This document shows positions 38,300-52,570 of a DNA stretch of 64,000 nt, one piece after another. This DNA is from Camelus ferus (lineage: Eukaryota). Each line of letters begins with the position of its first letter. Positions within the stretch are counted from its first letter, which is position 1. The notes under the pieces were generated by a model. It saw only the letters and a list, made by a program, of their open reading frames with translations. It searched no databases and was not told the DNA's origin. The stretch lies in NCBI RefSeq assembly GCF_009834535.1, contig NC_045696.1, positions 33,420,001 through 33,484,000 of the forward strand, in the 5' to 3' direction. The position numbers were made by a program, and so were the translations under genes.

Positions 38300-38772
38300 G
38301 GGGAATATGCCAGGTAGAAAAAAACACTGTATAATCTCTCTTATATATGGAATCTAAAACCTAAACCAAACCAAAACCTTAAAGCCAAGCCCATAGATGT
38401 AGAGAACAGATAGATGGTTGCCAGAGGTGGTGGGAAGGAAAGAGATGCATAGAGGATCAGAAGGTAAAAACTTCCAGTTATAAAATAAACAAGTCATGGG
38501 ATGTAAAGTACAGCATGCTGATTATAGTTAATAACACGGTATTGCCTATTTGAAAGTTGCTAAGAGAAGAGATCCTGAAAGTACTTACCACAAGAAAAAG
38601 AATCCCTAACTATGTAAGGTGATGGATGTTAACTAGACTTATCGTGGTGACCATTTCACAATGTATACAAATATCAAATCATTATTTTGTACACCTATAA
38701 CTAATATAATGTCATATGTCAATCATATCTCAAATTTAAAAATAAATATTAAAAAAATAATAATAAAAACAA
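38300..38772 (+). mobile_element. L1MA9-like 3' end
   Basis: gagaacagatagatggttgccagagg...aaacttccagttataaaataaacaagtcatgggatgta...atcaaatcattattttgtacacct; A-rich tail. Confidence 0.88.
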
Positions 38773-38859
38773 GCACCTTCAGAATGTCCCTACCTTTTTT
38801 TTTAGGAACCAGTTAACCACCTAATATAGACCCACCTCTATTTTCTTCATGCTTATATA

Positions 38860-39230
38860 ATTTTATACAGATATTTTATAACTGTGTGTATACATGCACA
38901 TATACATACAAAGGATTTTATGTGCACTGGGCATTTTACAAAAAAACAAATAATGTAAAGATGTAAAACATTGCACTCTCTTGCACCTTGTTTTTTCACC
39001 AATGAGTACTTCCTTGTTAACTCTCCTAGACTACTGTTACTTCAGTCTGTCCTGCTGATGGATACATGATAGTCATGCAACGGCTGTAGCTAATTCATTT
39101 AACCTTTTCTTATAGATGGTCTTTTAGTCTGTTTCCAGTGTTATCTGTCTGACACAACCTACATGCATATATGCATATAACTGTAGCTACTAGATGCTGT
39201 TTTCTTTTCTATAACACTGACTCCCAGATG
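38860..39230 (-). mobile_element. Old L1ME-like fragment
   Basis: aattcatttaaccttttcttatagatggtcttttagtctgtttccag. Confidence 0.4.
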
Positions 39231-42200
39231 ACAGTGAAAACTAATTCAGTTATTTAAAAGAGGTGTGTGAAAATAAATATAATAAAAATACTTATGAAAT
39301 GATCTTATGGAGTGAAAAGGCTACACAGCTTATAGATCATGAGAAACAGAAACATAATTTGTATTCAGAAAATAAATCACAAATATTAAAATACTGAAGT
39401 TAATTTCAACTCTCCCTGTTAAGGAACTAGAGAAAACCATTTATTTGCTTGGTGAGTCAAGAAAAGTTTCTCTAAATTACTCAAGTTCTGTTGATATGCT
39501 TTTGTGTCATCCCTCTGACATTCTTCTCCCAGGATAATCTACACTGATGCTTTCTTTTATTATTTGGAAAAAATCTGCAGCCTGTGTTTAAACACTTTTT
39601 CAACCTCCATATTAGAGACAGACTATTATTAATTCTATGCTGAGATTTTTCCTCCCTTTAATATGCTCAGCTGATTGTACACCACGAGTTACATCCACTG
39701 AAGACAAGCTTGTCTTTCTACTTTCATCTTCTTACTGCTCGGCAATCTGTGTCCTTCTCACTCACTGCCTCTATGGTCTGCAGTTGCTACTGTAAAGGGA
39801 GGGTTTCTCTCCTGCCAGCTTTTAACACAAAGAGGGCTTTTTTGCAGACTGAGTCTGGAGTGAAAGCTTCCTTCGTTGAGCACAAACATGGTCTCATGCT
39901 TCCTGTGTACTCCCATTACACAGCCTCCTGGTCTGGTTAATGAGTTTGTGCTCACAAATTACATCAGCTTCACTTTCACACACTTTTATAAGGTTTCTAC
40001 CCCGACCCCTCTAAAAAAATTACATTAATTCTGCCTCTGTTGAGTCTATTGGATAAGTGTGATAAATATTTACTGAAAGAGTAAATGTTAAACAATTGCT
40101 TATTTACCCTTTCACATAACCTCTACCTAGATTCCCTACTAAATAGAATAAACCTGTGATATAGTAAATTAAAGGACGAAATTTGAACCTAGAATCATTT
40201 ACCATTATAAAATAGGATCAAAATTAGACCCAAAATTACATTTTCTTACATTTTGTGAACACTCAAAAATGTCTTTTAAAGTTCCACTAAATGCTGTCAT
40301 TCATATCCCAGCGCTGTTAGAAAAATATTCTTTGATCTAAGGATGTAGAACATTTAGTATTTATCTTCATTCACAGATTATAGCTTTACAAATCTTGAAC
40401 TAGGGCCTTTTTAAAATTTGAAATTAGCCCAGGAACTAAGTAATTCCTAAAAAATAGTAAAAATTGATTCAGAGATGCAATGTTTTTGACAAGCTTCGAT
40501 CATTTTATTTTCAGCATGGCTGTTTTTACCCACCATGTCATCCTCTCTGCATAGCCAGTGTTGGACACACAGTAGGCATTCTATGAGTGTTGACTAGAGA
40601 ATAAGTCAATGACTGTTTTGGTTTTGAAAGTAATTAGAGTAAATTTTTCAAGACAGACGTTACCTTCTCCTCTATTCCCCACCTAAAGACAATACTCATC
40701 AAAATGAAACACACCCACTGAATTTCTCTCTCTTACTGCCGAGATCAATTTCTCTCTTTAAACATTCAAGTAGTCTGTATTATTTCGTCCTGTGGGCACA
40801 CACAGAGATGTGTTCTGGCACCACCAGTAGCACAAATCAGAGACACCTTAAAAGACAAGGTGTCCTGGTATCTTCTGCTCGTTTTTCTGGGGCGTAAGTG
40901 ATGAGCGCTAGTGAAATCCAATCATAATTCTGTTACCTTTTCTGAAGCAGGTTCAGCAGGCACATTTTTTTCTACCAGACACATGAACTTTCAGACTAGT
41001 ATAGATTGGGACAAAATAGTTCAGAAGAATACTGCAAGCCTAAAATATAGCTCTCTTTTTGCAATTTATCACTTGTGACCTTCTTGATAGTTGTATTTAA
41101 AAATCCCAATGTTTCCCCCCAAAAGAGATAAAACAAAGAAAATTTATTAACTGTTCTGTGTTAATCAGAGATTTGTATAATTGCAAAGGAAAACTAGACC
41201 AGGAACATCACAGACAAGCAGTTTTCTATTCATTTGTAAATTATATTTATGAAATAGGTATACTTCTAAAAATAACTACATGAATAAAATTTTTCTAAAT
41301 TGAATCATAGTTTAATGGGCTTAAGGTTCTTATTGTTAGAGGTAAGCAAGGAATGGTTTGTAGTGCTGATTATTACTTAACTTCATTAATAAGTGAATGC
41401 ATTTGTGTACTAGGTTTCACTGAAAGAGATAAAAACGTACCTCCCCACCATGTAATATAATTATTTCATGTATTAGCTATTTTTAGAAAGCATAATCTCA
41501 ATATAATTAATTACTTATTGTTATATCCCTCATGATCTCATTATCATAATAACCTCCTTAGGAAGCCATAGTTTGAAACTAACCACCACACCAGATCTCC
41601 AAAGTTGATGGTTTAAGGCCAAATGTCATTTTGTGCAGAGTGACAGTCAAGCTATACTGGAATGTGTTCTGATTTTTAAGTCAATCTTAATTTTCTCTTC
41701 AGCAGCGTGTCTGGTTCTTTACCCTGACATGGTGAATACAATGACTCAAACTTTCATCCTAAGAAGAAGAAGCGATCATACCCTAACACTTCTGAAGGGA
41801 GAGACGATCTACTTGTAACCACATCAAGGTCAAGAGAATACATTACTACTTGACTTTGATCATCTTGCTGGAAACAGTGGTACAAAACTGGCCAAATATG
41901 TACTTTTTTGTATTTATCTACATTTACAAAGCATCAATGTGACTCTGGGAGATAAAGTCAAGTTCAATATGTTTCATTTACCTAAAAAAAATTAAAATAG
42001 AATATTTATAAATACTGAAAAATAACTACAATTGTGAGAACAGAGAAGATAGGAAAATTAGAAGAATCACCAGATTCTATATCCTTGAGAAAACTTAAAT
42101 TCTCTGTGATTTTATAGCGATGTATATTATCATGTTTTGGAATTTATAGCTCATGCCTCAAAGCTAATTAACCCCATGATATTATTGATCTCTTTGGCTT

Positions 42201-44239
42201 AACTCTAGGAATAGAGCGAGTAGAGAATTTCATGTTTCATATTAGAATTGTGTCTGAGGGATGACTGAAGCCTTCATTTTCCTGCTGTTAATGACAGGAA
42301 ACTGAGAGCTCATAGTTCCAGAAACATCCTCCATGATAAAAACAAAATTTAGGACAGGGACTTAGGCCAGAATAGACTGCAAAGAATGAAAGTCCAAACC
42401 TGAATTACAAAGTAGGTCTAATAATTATTCAAAGAAGTTACTAAAGATAGTAATTGAATTAAAATTTAGAGAGAAGATATATTCTCTTTGATTGAAGCTA
42501 ACAAGACACACTATGCTATTTTTGAATGAATGAATGTACAAAGGTGAATGAACAAATGAATTAATATTTAGAATCAGGTGTTTGAGAAAACACAGAAATA
42601 ATTCATGCTATAATTTGGACAAAACTTCTTTATAAAATTAATGAGATTTTTCTATCATAACTTGAAAAAATTAGACGGCAGAAATGAATATGTCTTGTGT
42701 CTTGAAAGAAAAAGAAGAAATATAATGTTAAATACAACAGAAGGATGGGGTATTGAAGGATAATGAGTTAGAGCTTTGTTAGTTTCTTCGGTATCCTCAA
42801 GAAAGATTGTATTTCTCATGATTGATCTCTTTCCTTTAAACTTTCTCTGCAGTGGAAGCAAGTTATTTTCAGTTAGGATAGAGAAATCCTTTAAAAATAT
42901 TCTACTCCTTTTCTATAACACAGTGTTCACCAGGCAACCTCCTGATCTTTATTTATTTATCTGAATATACCTACTTACTTGGAAAGAACTGTGGTGAGCA
43001 GATGCCAAATTCTCCTACCCAGTTGTAAATTATCAGCATTCTGGCTTATAAATCAGTCTCCTAAACATGATCACTGAGAATCAGAGAATGGTCACACTTG
43101 GATACACTGACAAAAGTGAGCATCTGAACCAGCAAAGCTGGGTCATGGTGAATCTATGAAGATGTAACTCCCCAGTAAAGCCTGGCCTGAGCAATCAGCT
43201 GGCTCTACCCATCACATTATTATCTGGAGGTCTAGGAAGCTTTCACATTTCAAAGCCACACTCCTGGATAGCAGAATGGTAATGAAAGGTACCACAAGCT
43301 CTGTGGGTTTATGGAGTCAGAATACTACAGAATTAAAAAGCCAGCAGCCTAGTGAGTGCACTGGAGACTGGAGTGAAAGAATGGATTAATAAAAATAAAT
43401 ATCCATGGACTGTTTCAACCCACAGATTATTAAAAGCTTTTGGATGTCTATGGGACAGATAATTTGTGCAAAGATAGAAAAGCACGGCACTGAGCACTGA
43501 ATAACAAGAAAAGCTGGCTTGGTTATAACAAAATTTGAAATTACCTTGAGTTTACATATTTTTCCTCAGTTTCCTGGTTAAGGCAACTTACAACGCTGTC
43601 CTAAATGGGCCCAACATATTCAGTTAGATTTTAACAAGCAAAGTACTTTAAGAGATTTTGTGCCCAAACATTCTACTTGGATTATAGAAAACAAGCAAGT
43701 GATTCTTTTTAACTTTAGTTGACAAGAAACTTATTGATATATATCTCCTGTCAGTTATTGACATTGTTTACATAAAACAAAACAGGATGCTTTAGTTTGG
43801 GTTACAAAATCAAATTACAAGTTTGCCTGTGGATTCTACTAGAAAAGTACAGATGTTCTAAGTTAAATTTTAGGTGTAACGTTGTTTATGTTTATTAATA
43901 CCTAGACATAAATTTATCTAGAGAAGATGCTATAATTCCACACTTCGAATAAATGCACTAAATGGTCAGTGGTGTTCAGAAATAGTCATCTAATGCTATT
44001 GGATTGTATTTTTTGAGCTTCATAAGATTCTAAAGACTAAACCAAAAAAATTGTGAGACTGTTTTAAAAGAAATAATAATTCAACAATGACTTTAAAAGA
44101 TACTGTCGTTTTATTTTATTTAGAGCATGTGCTTCAAAGCCATAGTGATACAACAAGAAAATTCTTGGTCTGCCCGGAGCATAAGTCTAGCATAGAGTAG
44201 CTGCTAAATTAATGTTTATTGAGTCAATAGATGTCCTGA

Positions 44240-44400
44240 ATGTGAATTTTGATTCAACCACTTTTTGGCTCCATGGGACTTTGGGAATGTTATCACTCTC
44301 TAGGAGCCGCAGTTTTTCCATTTGACAGTTTTCAGACTAGATGAAAGGAACAAATAAACTCATTATATTAAAGTGTTCTGAAAATTATGAATTTATATAC
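44240..44400. mobile_element. MIR fragment, preceded by an L2 tail at about 44160-44235
   Basis: gggactttgggaatgttatcactctctaggagccgcagtttttccattt. Confidence 0.5.
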
Positions 44401-45962
44401 CTATATATTTGAATATTTTATAATGGTGTCTTTCAAATACTTGCATACATTTTAAAATATACTTACATGCAATTATTTACCTACTCTGAAAAAGTAGATA
44501 CAAAGAGGTCTGACAGTCTTATTTGTCACCCTATTGAAATCTAGGATTGATTTGGAAAATTTAAATACCTTAATTAGTGTCTCCTTCCTCTCTATTTCAT
44601 GTACTTCTCCCCAAAATGTCTCCCTTGCTTGAAATGTACAATGCATTCTCTCTCAAAGACATCCCTTGTATATTACTTTTTCCTAGATTAGGTACTAGAA
44701 TTACATTAAGTCATAGCTGACATTTAGCTGGGTACTGTGTACAAATGCCATTGACATGTATGCATCCTCCAGCTTTGGAACAGGATAAAGTTAACAGTTG
44801 GATGAAATCTGCACTCTCTCCTTCATTATCATAATGGTCTAAATTGTTATTTAATTGATGAGTATATGGACTTCAAGAGGGGAGGTGGGAGGTTTTCAGA
44901 AAAAGGACACAATGAAAGGATGCAGAGGTGAGGCTGTACCTAAGAAAACTGAGATCTTTAGCAAATTTTCTTAGAAGTGAGATAAAGGAAAGAGAAAGTC
45001 AATATTTGAGGCTGATCAAGAACTGACTTGACATTGAGAATAAATGATTTGCTTTTCATCTTATGGTAGTGGAGGTAACTTGAAGCTGATACGTGACTGG
45101 GATGATAGGAATGTGATAAGGCAACACAGCAGATAGGGAAGAAGGCTTTGGTTGCCATTTATTATTTAACTCATTTGGATTGGTTGAAGACTTAGACACA
45201 ATTAAATGAGGAGAAAGTAAAATAAATTCTGTGGAGCTAAGAATGTGCAATCTAAACTAAGTCAGGGCTTGAAACTGGGCCCAGATGAGGGAGAAGGTGA
45301 AACTTAGTAGATCAGCCAACCTCAGACCCTAGGATGGAGCTGCATCCCTGGGTGTGGTCCAGTCGTCCTAGCAGTTCTAAAGGAAAAGTGCCAGAGCAAT
45401 GGTCGCCAAATTAAATTGCATTTCCATTGCATAAAAAACCCCGCAGTGTTGAGCAAAAGGTTGAACAGGATAAGGTTAAAGATTCTTTCACATCTATTAA
45501 AGTCCCTATCAACAATAATTTCTTCCAATGTCAATTCTCTGGAACACAACTCTTACATGGAAGCTGTTTAAGTTGGAGCTTCTACGACCAGATTCCTGTA
45601 CCATCTCTGTGTATGTACCAACCCTGTTAAACATTACCATTTAGCAAGGGAAAAAGCACAGCCTTATATCTGAGCTTTTATGTATTCCCACTTACTCATA
45701 AGAGGTGGAAGTCTCTATGGCAGAACGTCCACCAGGGGGTTAGGATTTGTAAAGGCTGATCAGTGTGAGGGGATGCACAAAACGGGATGGTCGCGCATCT
45801 CTGAAATTGCACTGCTGCTCCAGCCACATGAGATTGATTTTGAAATTCTAAAATGTGAGCATCTCACACAATATAACATTGTTTATTTCTTTCTGTCTTT
45901 CTGACTCTTTTCCTGAAGTACTCTGACCAAGCCATGGAAGACAATGATTGTGGCTAATGTCC

Positions 45963-46430
45963 TGTATAACCTTCCTTGGACTGCTGTAACAAAGCATCAA
46001 AAACTGAGTGACTCAAAACAACAGAAATGTATTGCCTCACAATTCTGGAAGGTAGAAGTCTGAAATCAAGGTATCAGCAGGGCCATGCTCTCCCTAATGA
46101 CTTTAGGGGAGAATCCTTCCTCTCCTCTTCTAGCTTCTGCTGTCTGCTGTCAATCCTTACCATTTTTTGGTTTCTAGATGCATCACTCCGGTCACATGGC
46201 TGTCTTCTCCCTGCATGTCTCATATTGTCTTTCCTACATGAATGCCTTCTGTCCAAACCTCCTGTTTCTATGGGGATACCAGCCATATTAGATTAGGGCT
46301 CACCCTACTAACTTCATTTTATCCTGATCACCTGCATAAAAACCTTGTTTCCAAACAAAGTCACATTCTTAGGTACTGGGGGTTAGAACTTCAATACCTC
46401 TTTTGAGGGGAAAGAAGTCAACCCATAAAA
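45963..46430 (-). mobile_element. MLT1B/C MaLR LTR
   Basis: ctgctgtaacaaagcatc...aaacaacagaaatgtattgcctcacaattctggaagg...gattagggctcacccta...tcaacccataa. Confidence 0.88.
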
Positions 46431-47820
46431 GCCTGAACACAGTTTGTGGACTTGCATTGTTGTATGCTGTTTTTCCGAGCTGGTGGCTCTCTTTGTGAAT
46501 GTTTTTTTGCAAGATTCCAATGTGGTAAAGTAATTGTGGTTCAGTTCAGCAAACTTCTGCTCCAGGAGTTACGTGTTGGGGTGTAAAGATGGACTGAGAG
46601 GATTGAGAAAGATTGTTTTCTCTTTAATGTGGCTTGTGAAGGTCCAGAACACAGACTTTTCTCAATTGCTCAGTGTGCAGCACCACCAACACATAAGTCA
46701 GTGGAAATACGTTTAAATCATGAGACATGGCAAAACAAGGAGGAGGTAGATTATGAATGAGGTTTACTCAGGGAATGGCTCTGTCATTCTGTTCTTACCA
46801 CACTATTGTTCAAATAGAATGTCTTTCTTCTTGTCAATTTGCCCCCTTTGCTGAAAAAGGAAGTCTGACCTGACTTTTACAGTTACTATGAAGAGAACTT
46901 TGTTTTCTGTTACACAAAATGGCTCTAATATTAAAAGATTAATGCCTTTTGCCTCTAAACATATGATTAACCATAAATTATCACACTAGACCTGATCACG
47001 TCTTTTAAGAGCCCATTAAAAAACAAATTAACCTTTTCTCTCTAGGCTGAACTCCCTTGTTAATATGAAAATCAGGAGTAATTCAGGGCTCTTAGCTTTT
47101 GTTATCCCAGCCATATTCCTTTGTGGTTTTCAAGTTGAGTTGTGACTGGAGAGTGAGTCATACCAGCTTAATTAATTTAGCTACGAACCAATTAAAAGCA
47201 GTATTTTGTGCATGAGAAAACTTGTCTGAAGTGTTCTGAATTTCAGCAGGAGTTTCCTCATTACCCAAGCTTATGTGCAGATGGTTTGTGCCAAGAGGGG
47301 GAGAGGGACACTTACTTAGCAAGACATCCCTGATTTCATAATCATAAATGAATTCATATGTGTTTTCATTCTAAAGAATGTATAATTTATATTTACTCAT
47401 AAACATACCACACAACAAAATTATTACCAAATTTCTTATTGTTATAACAATGTAACAAGGTTTATTAGTAATTAACCCTTATATGTTCTTCCTCCAGTAG
47501 ACTAAATGATCTAAACAAGCGGTGTAGGAAGATTAAAGAGAGATGTACTCTCTCTGTATCCTTCCTACTCCATCAATTTGGAGAGAATTAATATGACGTG
47601 TTGTATTTTAAAGGTAATGTGGTTTAAAGTAATGTGGTCTTCAGGTTCCCGCCCTATAAAAACTGACATTGTTTAGACAAAGCATTAACACATGAGTCTC
47701 CTCACCATATTCTTTAGGCCCCTGTGTGTTATTCATACCTATGTATAAGGTGAATTCAGCAAATGAATAATGTATACTAGGAAAGAGCGGGAAAAGTATT
47801 AGACAGTGAACTGGCTGATT

Positions 47821-48021
47821 TAAGGCAGCAGATGTTTTCTGTAAAGGGTCAGATGTCTCTGTCTCTGGTCCTTGTCACAATTAACTCTGTAGTAATAGCA
47901 GGAAAACAGTCAGTGATAACATGCAAACTAATGGACATGGCTGTGTTTCAGTAAAACTTTGTTTACAAAAAACAGAAGAGGGACTGAATTTTCTCTGCTG
48001 GTCATAGTTTTCCAACCCCTG
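47821..48021. mobile_element. MER58A-like hAT DNA transposon
   Basis: ttttctgtaaagggtcagat...atggctgtgtttcagtaaaactttgtttacaaaaaacag...catagttttccaacccctg. Confidence 0.85.
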
Positions 48022-51000
48022 ATGTAGGCTATGGTAACGGCACTGATACCTGATGGATGGGCCAGACTTTCATCCCTCTGGTGCTCAGTATCCTCATCCT
48101 GCAATGAGGAGGTTAGAATAAGGAAGCCAAAAGAGCTCTCTAACTTTGCATTTCTAGGTACACATAGAGGGATGGTGTCTAGAAAACAGTCTAAGCATAG
48201 CTCTAGGGTCAGGCAGCTGATTCTCCAGTGCCCTCTTCAAAACAAACAAACAAAAAACCTCAAAGAAGGGAAAATATAGGAACGTCTTTCTTTGTGTATG
48301 GGTGTTATTTAGATTAAAAATAAAGAATTAAGAACAATCATGACATTAGTAACTTTGAATTCTCTTTTCTTTAGAGGTCATGTACTCTGTTGAAGAAGAA
48401 AGGGTAAATATAACTATTTAGAAAGATTTCCAAAAACCTTTACTTCAGAGTTAGAAGATGAGAGTCTTAGTGTTATAGACCTAAGTGAGGGTGGAAGACC
48501 GCAGGCTGGGAAGAGGCTTTCATAAAAACATTTCTTTTTTTTTTGAAGGGGTAGACTTCTCTGGGAAAAGTCTCTTTGCTGGAACACTTCATTACCCAGA
48601 AATGCGGGATAAATGGGGCATGCTCTCTACTGGTCTGCCGCCATAGCCTCTGTAACTAAACGTGGCCTAAGGCAAGTTCTACAAACAGGAGGGTCCCTGA
48701 ATGTTTAATTGCTGCTTGAATAATTTTCCATTATCATTACTCAGGGATCACAATTTCTTCTCTCACTAGATGTTACTTTAAACATACCCTTTGTATAGTA
48801 TCTTTCCAGCATATCAGAATCTGTCACCTATTATAACATCATCAAATAAAGACACTAGGAGTAATTCCACAGCAGTGTGATGCAAAACTGTAAATACACA
48901 AGAAGTCAGCCCTCATTTCTCAGTTCCACTGGCTTTAGGTTCTTGGATGTGTACATTTCACTCATGTTTAGAGTATCTCTATCACTTTTTCTTTGAACCC
49001 CATTCTTAATGAAGCTCCCTCTCATAACTCTCATAATGAGAATTCTATATATTTGATCTTGCAGGTCTCGCATGAGTTGAAATTGTTCTCTGTGAGATTA
49101 TTCAAATAGTGGCTTGACTGGAGTCTATTCACAAAATTGTTTTCTACTTTTTTCTTCTTTCAACATAGGGTCTACTACTAATGTCCTTTCAAGGAGTACA
49201 ACAGAGTGAGCTATATAATTTGACTTATAGCCTTCTTTTCATCAAAAGCAGCGTATGTAAAAACAGGTTAAAATTTAGTTACTATATACTTGGCCAGACC
49301 AACAAATACTGAGAATTCACGACACCTTTATGTTTCACAACAAGAAGGAGATACAAAAAATAATTTAATTATAATGGATACTTGGTGGCATGTTATCTTG
49401 GATCAGATTCACATGATAAATTACGTAAGTCACAAAGTCTGGTTCACCCTCCCCACCCTACCCCACTCCCCAGCTATTATAACATTTGACATTATTGCCA
49501 CTTTTTAAAATAAGGGTCCCTCACCAAATGTACACTGCCTACTCTATCAAAAAACTGTCTTTAATGTAACTATTACGTATCTGGCTAACATCTCCTGCCC
49601 ATCATAAACCACTTTAACTGATAACCCTAGAAGAAGTGAGATGGTTTGAGTGTATCTACTAAGCCACTTGTTTCATTTACACAGCTATTCAGAGTCTTGA
49701 CTGGTTTTTACAAAAGATTGAGAAGAATTACAAAAGATGGATGAAGCTGTAAATATTGAAATAATGGTTGAAGATTATATCTCTGTAAAGTATATCAAGT
49801 TATTTGAATGCTTATTTAGGTCTTTGTTCAGGGTGGCCTAAAATTATTTAAATTGCACAGTCCACATTAATTTTATAAGAATCCTTTAAACGCTTTAAAG
49901 TTCTCTTGCATACTCTAGCAGATCAAGAGGGACCATTAGAGGAAAAATATTAGATAGATGAAATAGAGAGAGAGAGAGGAATTACAGTAAGTATTGAATC
50001 TAGCTGACAAGGGAAAATCAGAATAGTGAAGGGAGAGGGAGGAAATCCACACTGATGTTTAATACATACTTCAGTTTACAAATACATTATACCCATTTAT
50101 CCTTTCTTACCTTCACAAAGGATATTTACTTTGGCCTGATTATATAATTTTTGAAAGTACATTATATAATAGTTACTTTTTCTAATTTTTGATATACCTG
50201 TAAATAAATTACCTTCCAGAAATTTTAATAAATCCCAGAAATTTTAATAATCCAATATTTAAAAGAAGAATGAGAATAGAATAAAGAAAAAACAATGATT
50301 CAAAATCCGTATCTCCTGGAAAACTCTAACTTCATAGTATTTTAGTGTGTGTGTGTTAATCTCTTTGCAGCTTTTAGATGATAATCTATGTGGAACTCTG
50401 ATTGGACTGACCGAAAACTCTATATAACCATAAACGGAGAGGATCAAAGGCAAAGCAAGATTTACAGTCTTGATCTTGAAAAATAAACCAAGGAAGCTGA
50501 GAAAAAATAACTGCCTGTTAGAAAAGAAATTATTTCTATTGGAGTGTATCCTTTAAAAAAGGTATTTTTACACTATCTATTAAAATTGTTCATCACCAAT
50601 GCTCTTTGGGATTATATCACTCGGAAGAAGCAATGCTTAAGGCAAAAGGCTGAAGATTTTCTTAACAAGAAAATAGCACTGTGAGATTTTCAAAGGAAAT
50701 ACAAAATGTTTCTCTAATAAGCGCATTAATAACTTGCAAATGTGTTGTCACATTTAGGGCAACAATTTATACTACATTTCTCCTTGAGTATAAAAAATTC
50801 CTGCATTTATTTAAGGAAAACATAAAGAACTGAAAACTAAGCAAAAATGCATGTTGAAAACAGTTTTAACTTTAAAACATAATTGATTCAATTCTTATTG
50901 AATTGAATTGCATGCATGAGCCCATGTTCCCAGTTGTTTATTAACAATTTAGTCTTATGATACCTTACACATATGCTCATATCGGAATTCATTTTATTGA

Positions 51001-51369
51001 GTTACTTTATGTCTAAGGCTCTTTTAGCCTTTTTGTTGTTGTACATTAGTTGGTTTATCACTCAGTTCCATTTTAAACCTACATAATAAAAACTTGCTTA
51101 TAAGCAGTTCAGAGTATCTTACACACTGACACATATCACCATGCCACAGAGTAAATGACTCAATTTTAATCATCATCATCACCACCACTGCCAACACCAC
51201 CTACCTGCAATGCTAGCAGAGTTGATGCTGCTATGGTTGCTTCTGATATTTTTTGAAGGCATTTAATATACTATACATGAGGTATATGTTAGAAGAATTT
51301 TGATTGCAAGTGTCAAAAACCAAATTCAAGGAAGATTAAGCACAAATGATGTATATTAAAAGGATACCA

Positions 51370-51620
51370 GTATAGAGTCACATATAAATGGTTAAGAGCT
51401 GAATTAAGTCTCAAATCTGCCATTTACTATCCATGTGACTTTAGAAAAGTTCCTTAACAAATCTGTGCTCCAATGTTTTCATCTGTAGGTGGAAATAATT
51501 ATATTGTCTGTTTCATAATATTACTATTGAATGACTTGTTTTTAGAAATATTTAGAACAGGGCTTACATGTTTAGTGCTGAGTGGCTGTTTATAATAAAT
51601 TATCACTGTTGTTGTTGCCA
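51370..51620. mobile_element. MIR
   Basis: aatggttaagagc...ctgccatttactatccatgtgactttagaaaagttccttaac. Confidence 0.75.
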
Positions 51621-51754
51621 TTGTTTAGGCATTTTTAAAAATTAAAAAGGAAATATGTATCTGTTCCTCAGAAGGAAAACAGGATCAGGGATGATGTAGG
51701 AAACATGCAAAGCCCTCTCCCACTTTGTACCTCTCTGTACAGCTACTTCAGTCT

Positions 51755-51890
51755 AGTGGATGTTGTTATTCCCATTCTAAAACTGTGAAACCTGAAGCTT
51801 AGAGAGGTTAAATACCTTTCCAAGGTCACACAGTTAAGTAACATAGACAGGCTCTGAAATCCAGTTTGTATAATTCCAAATCCTTGTTTC
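51755..51890. mobile_element. MIR, opposite orientation to the previous copy
   Basis: attcccattctaaaactgtgaaacctgaagcttagagaggttaaatacctttccaaggtcacacag. Confidence 0.8.
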
Positions 51891-52570
51891 CAAAAACTCA
51901 CTTAACACATTGACCAAGACTTCTTAAAGTTTCAAGCAATATCAAGTGATTCATCTAATATTTAATTGGTTACTCTTTAAGGAATTGATAAAAGTACTTA
52001 CAGGTGATAAGCTCAGATCTCCACTCAATTTAGCTGACTTTGCAGGAAGGGAGATAGATTTGTATCAGTGCGTTCATTCATATTCTATTGCTTGGTATCC
52101 TTGAGACCGATGGTCTCTATTGAGACAATATAATTTCATTACCTAAAATAATGAAGCAAATGAGGCTTTTAGTGACTGAACAAATTCCATCCACCATATT
52201 GAAACCATGTAATCTAACATTAATCTAAAGAAGCTGGGATGTGGAAAGCTGGTAAACTGGTTATTGATGACATCATCATGAGAAAATAATTAACTCTACA
52301 GCCAAAGGATTATTGGCACTACTGACAAAGCCCAAAGGGGAATTGAAACAAACACAAAATAGTGATCTGTCATAAACAGAAATAAAAAACATAACTTTGG
52401 AATGACTTTGGAGTGGCTCTGGGTCCAACATTTTTAAACTGTAATCTTAAAGAAACATTGAAAGGAGAATAAATAGACTTTATATTCTAGAATAAAATAT
52501 ATGGATTTTTCAATAACTGTGTGCAAACTATTAAAGCACTTGTAATAAAAAATTTCTATCTTGTGGAGTT

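Noticed and set aside
40898..40945. C/D box snoRNA-like GTGATGA...CTGA
   Set aside because: Only about 48 nt, with no terminal stem and no recognisable rRNA or snRNA guide.
49140..49215. Strong-looking plus-strand splice acceptor with nearby GT (similar cases near 31947, 38250 and 41702)
   Set aside because: No recognisable peptide or consistent exon chain; such sites are common by chance in AT-rich DNA.
50216..50253. 19-bp tandem duplication (others at about 13738, 47611 and 53653)
   Set aside because: Ordinary slippage duplications; two adjacent units with no spacers, so not a CRISPR-like array.
52103..52117. GAGACC-gat-GGTCTC inverted BsaI pair, possible cloning scar
   Set aside because: A 6-bp inverted repeat is expected by chance and there is no vector sequence nearby.
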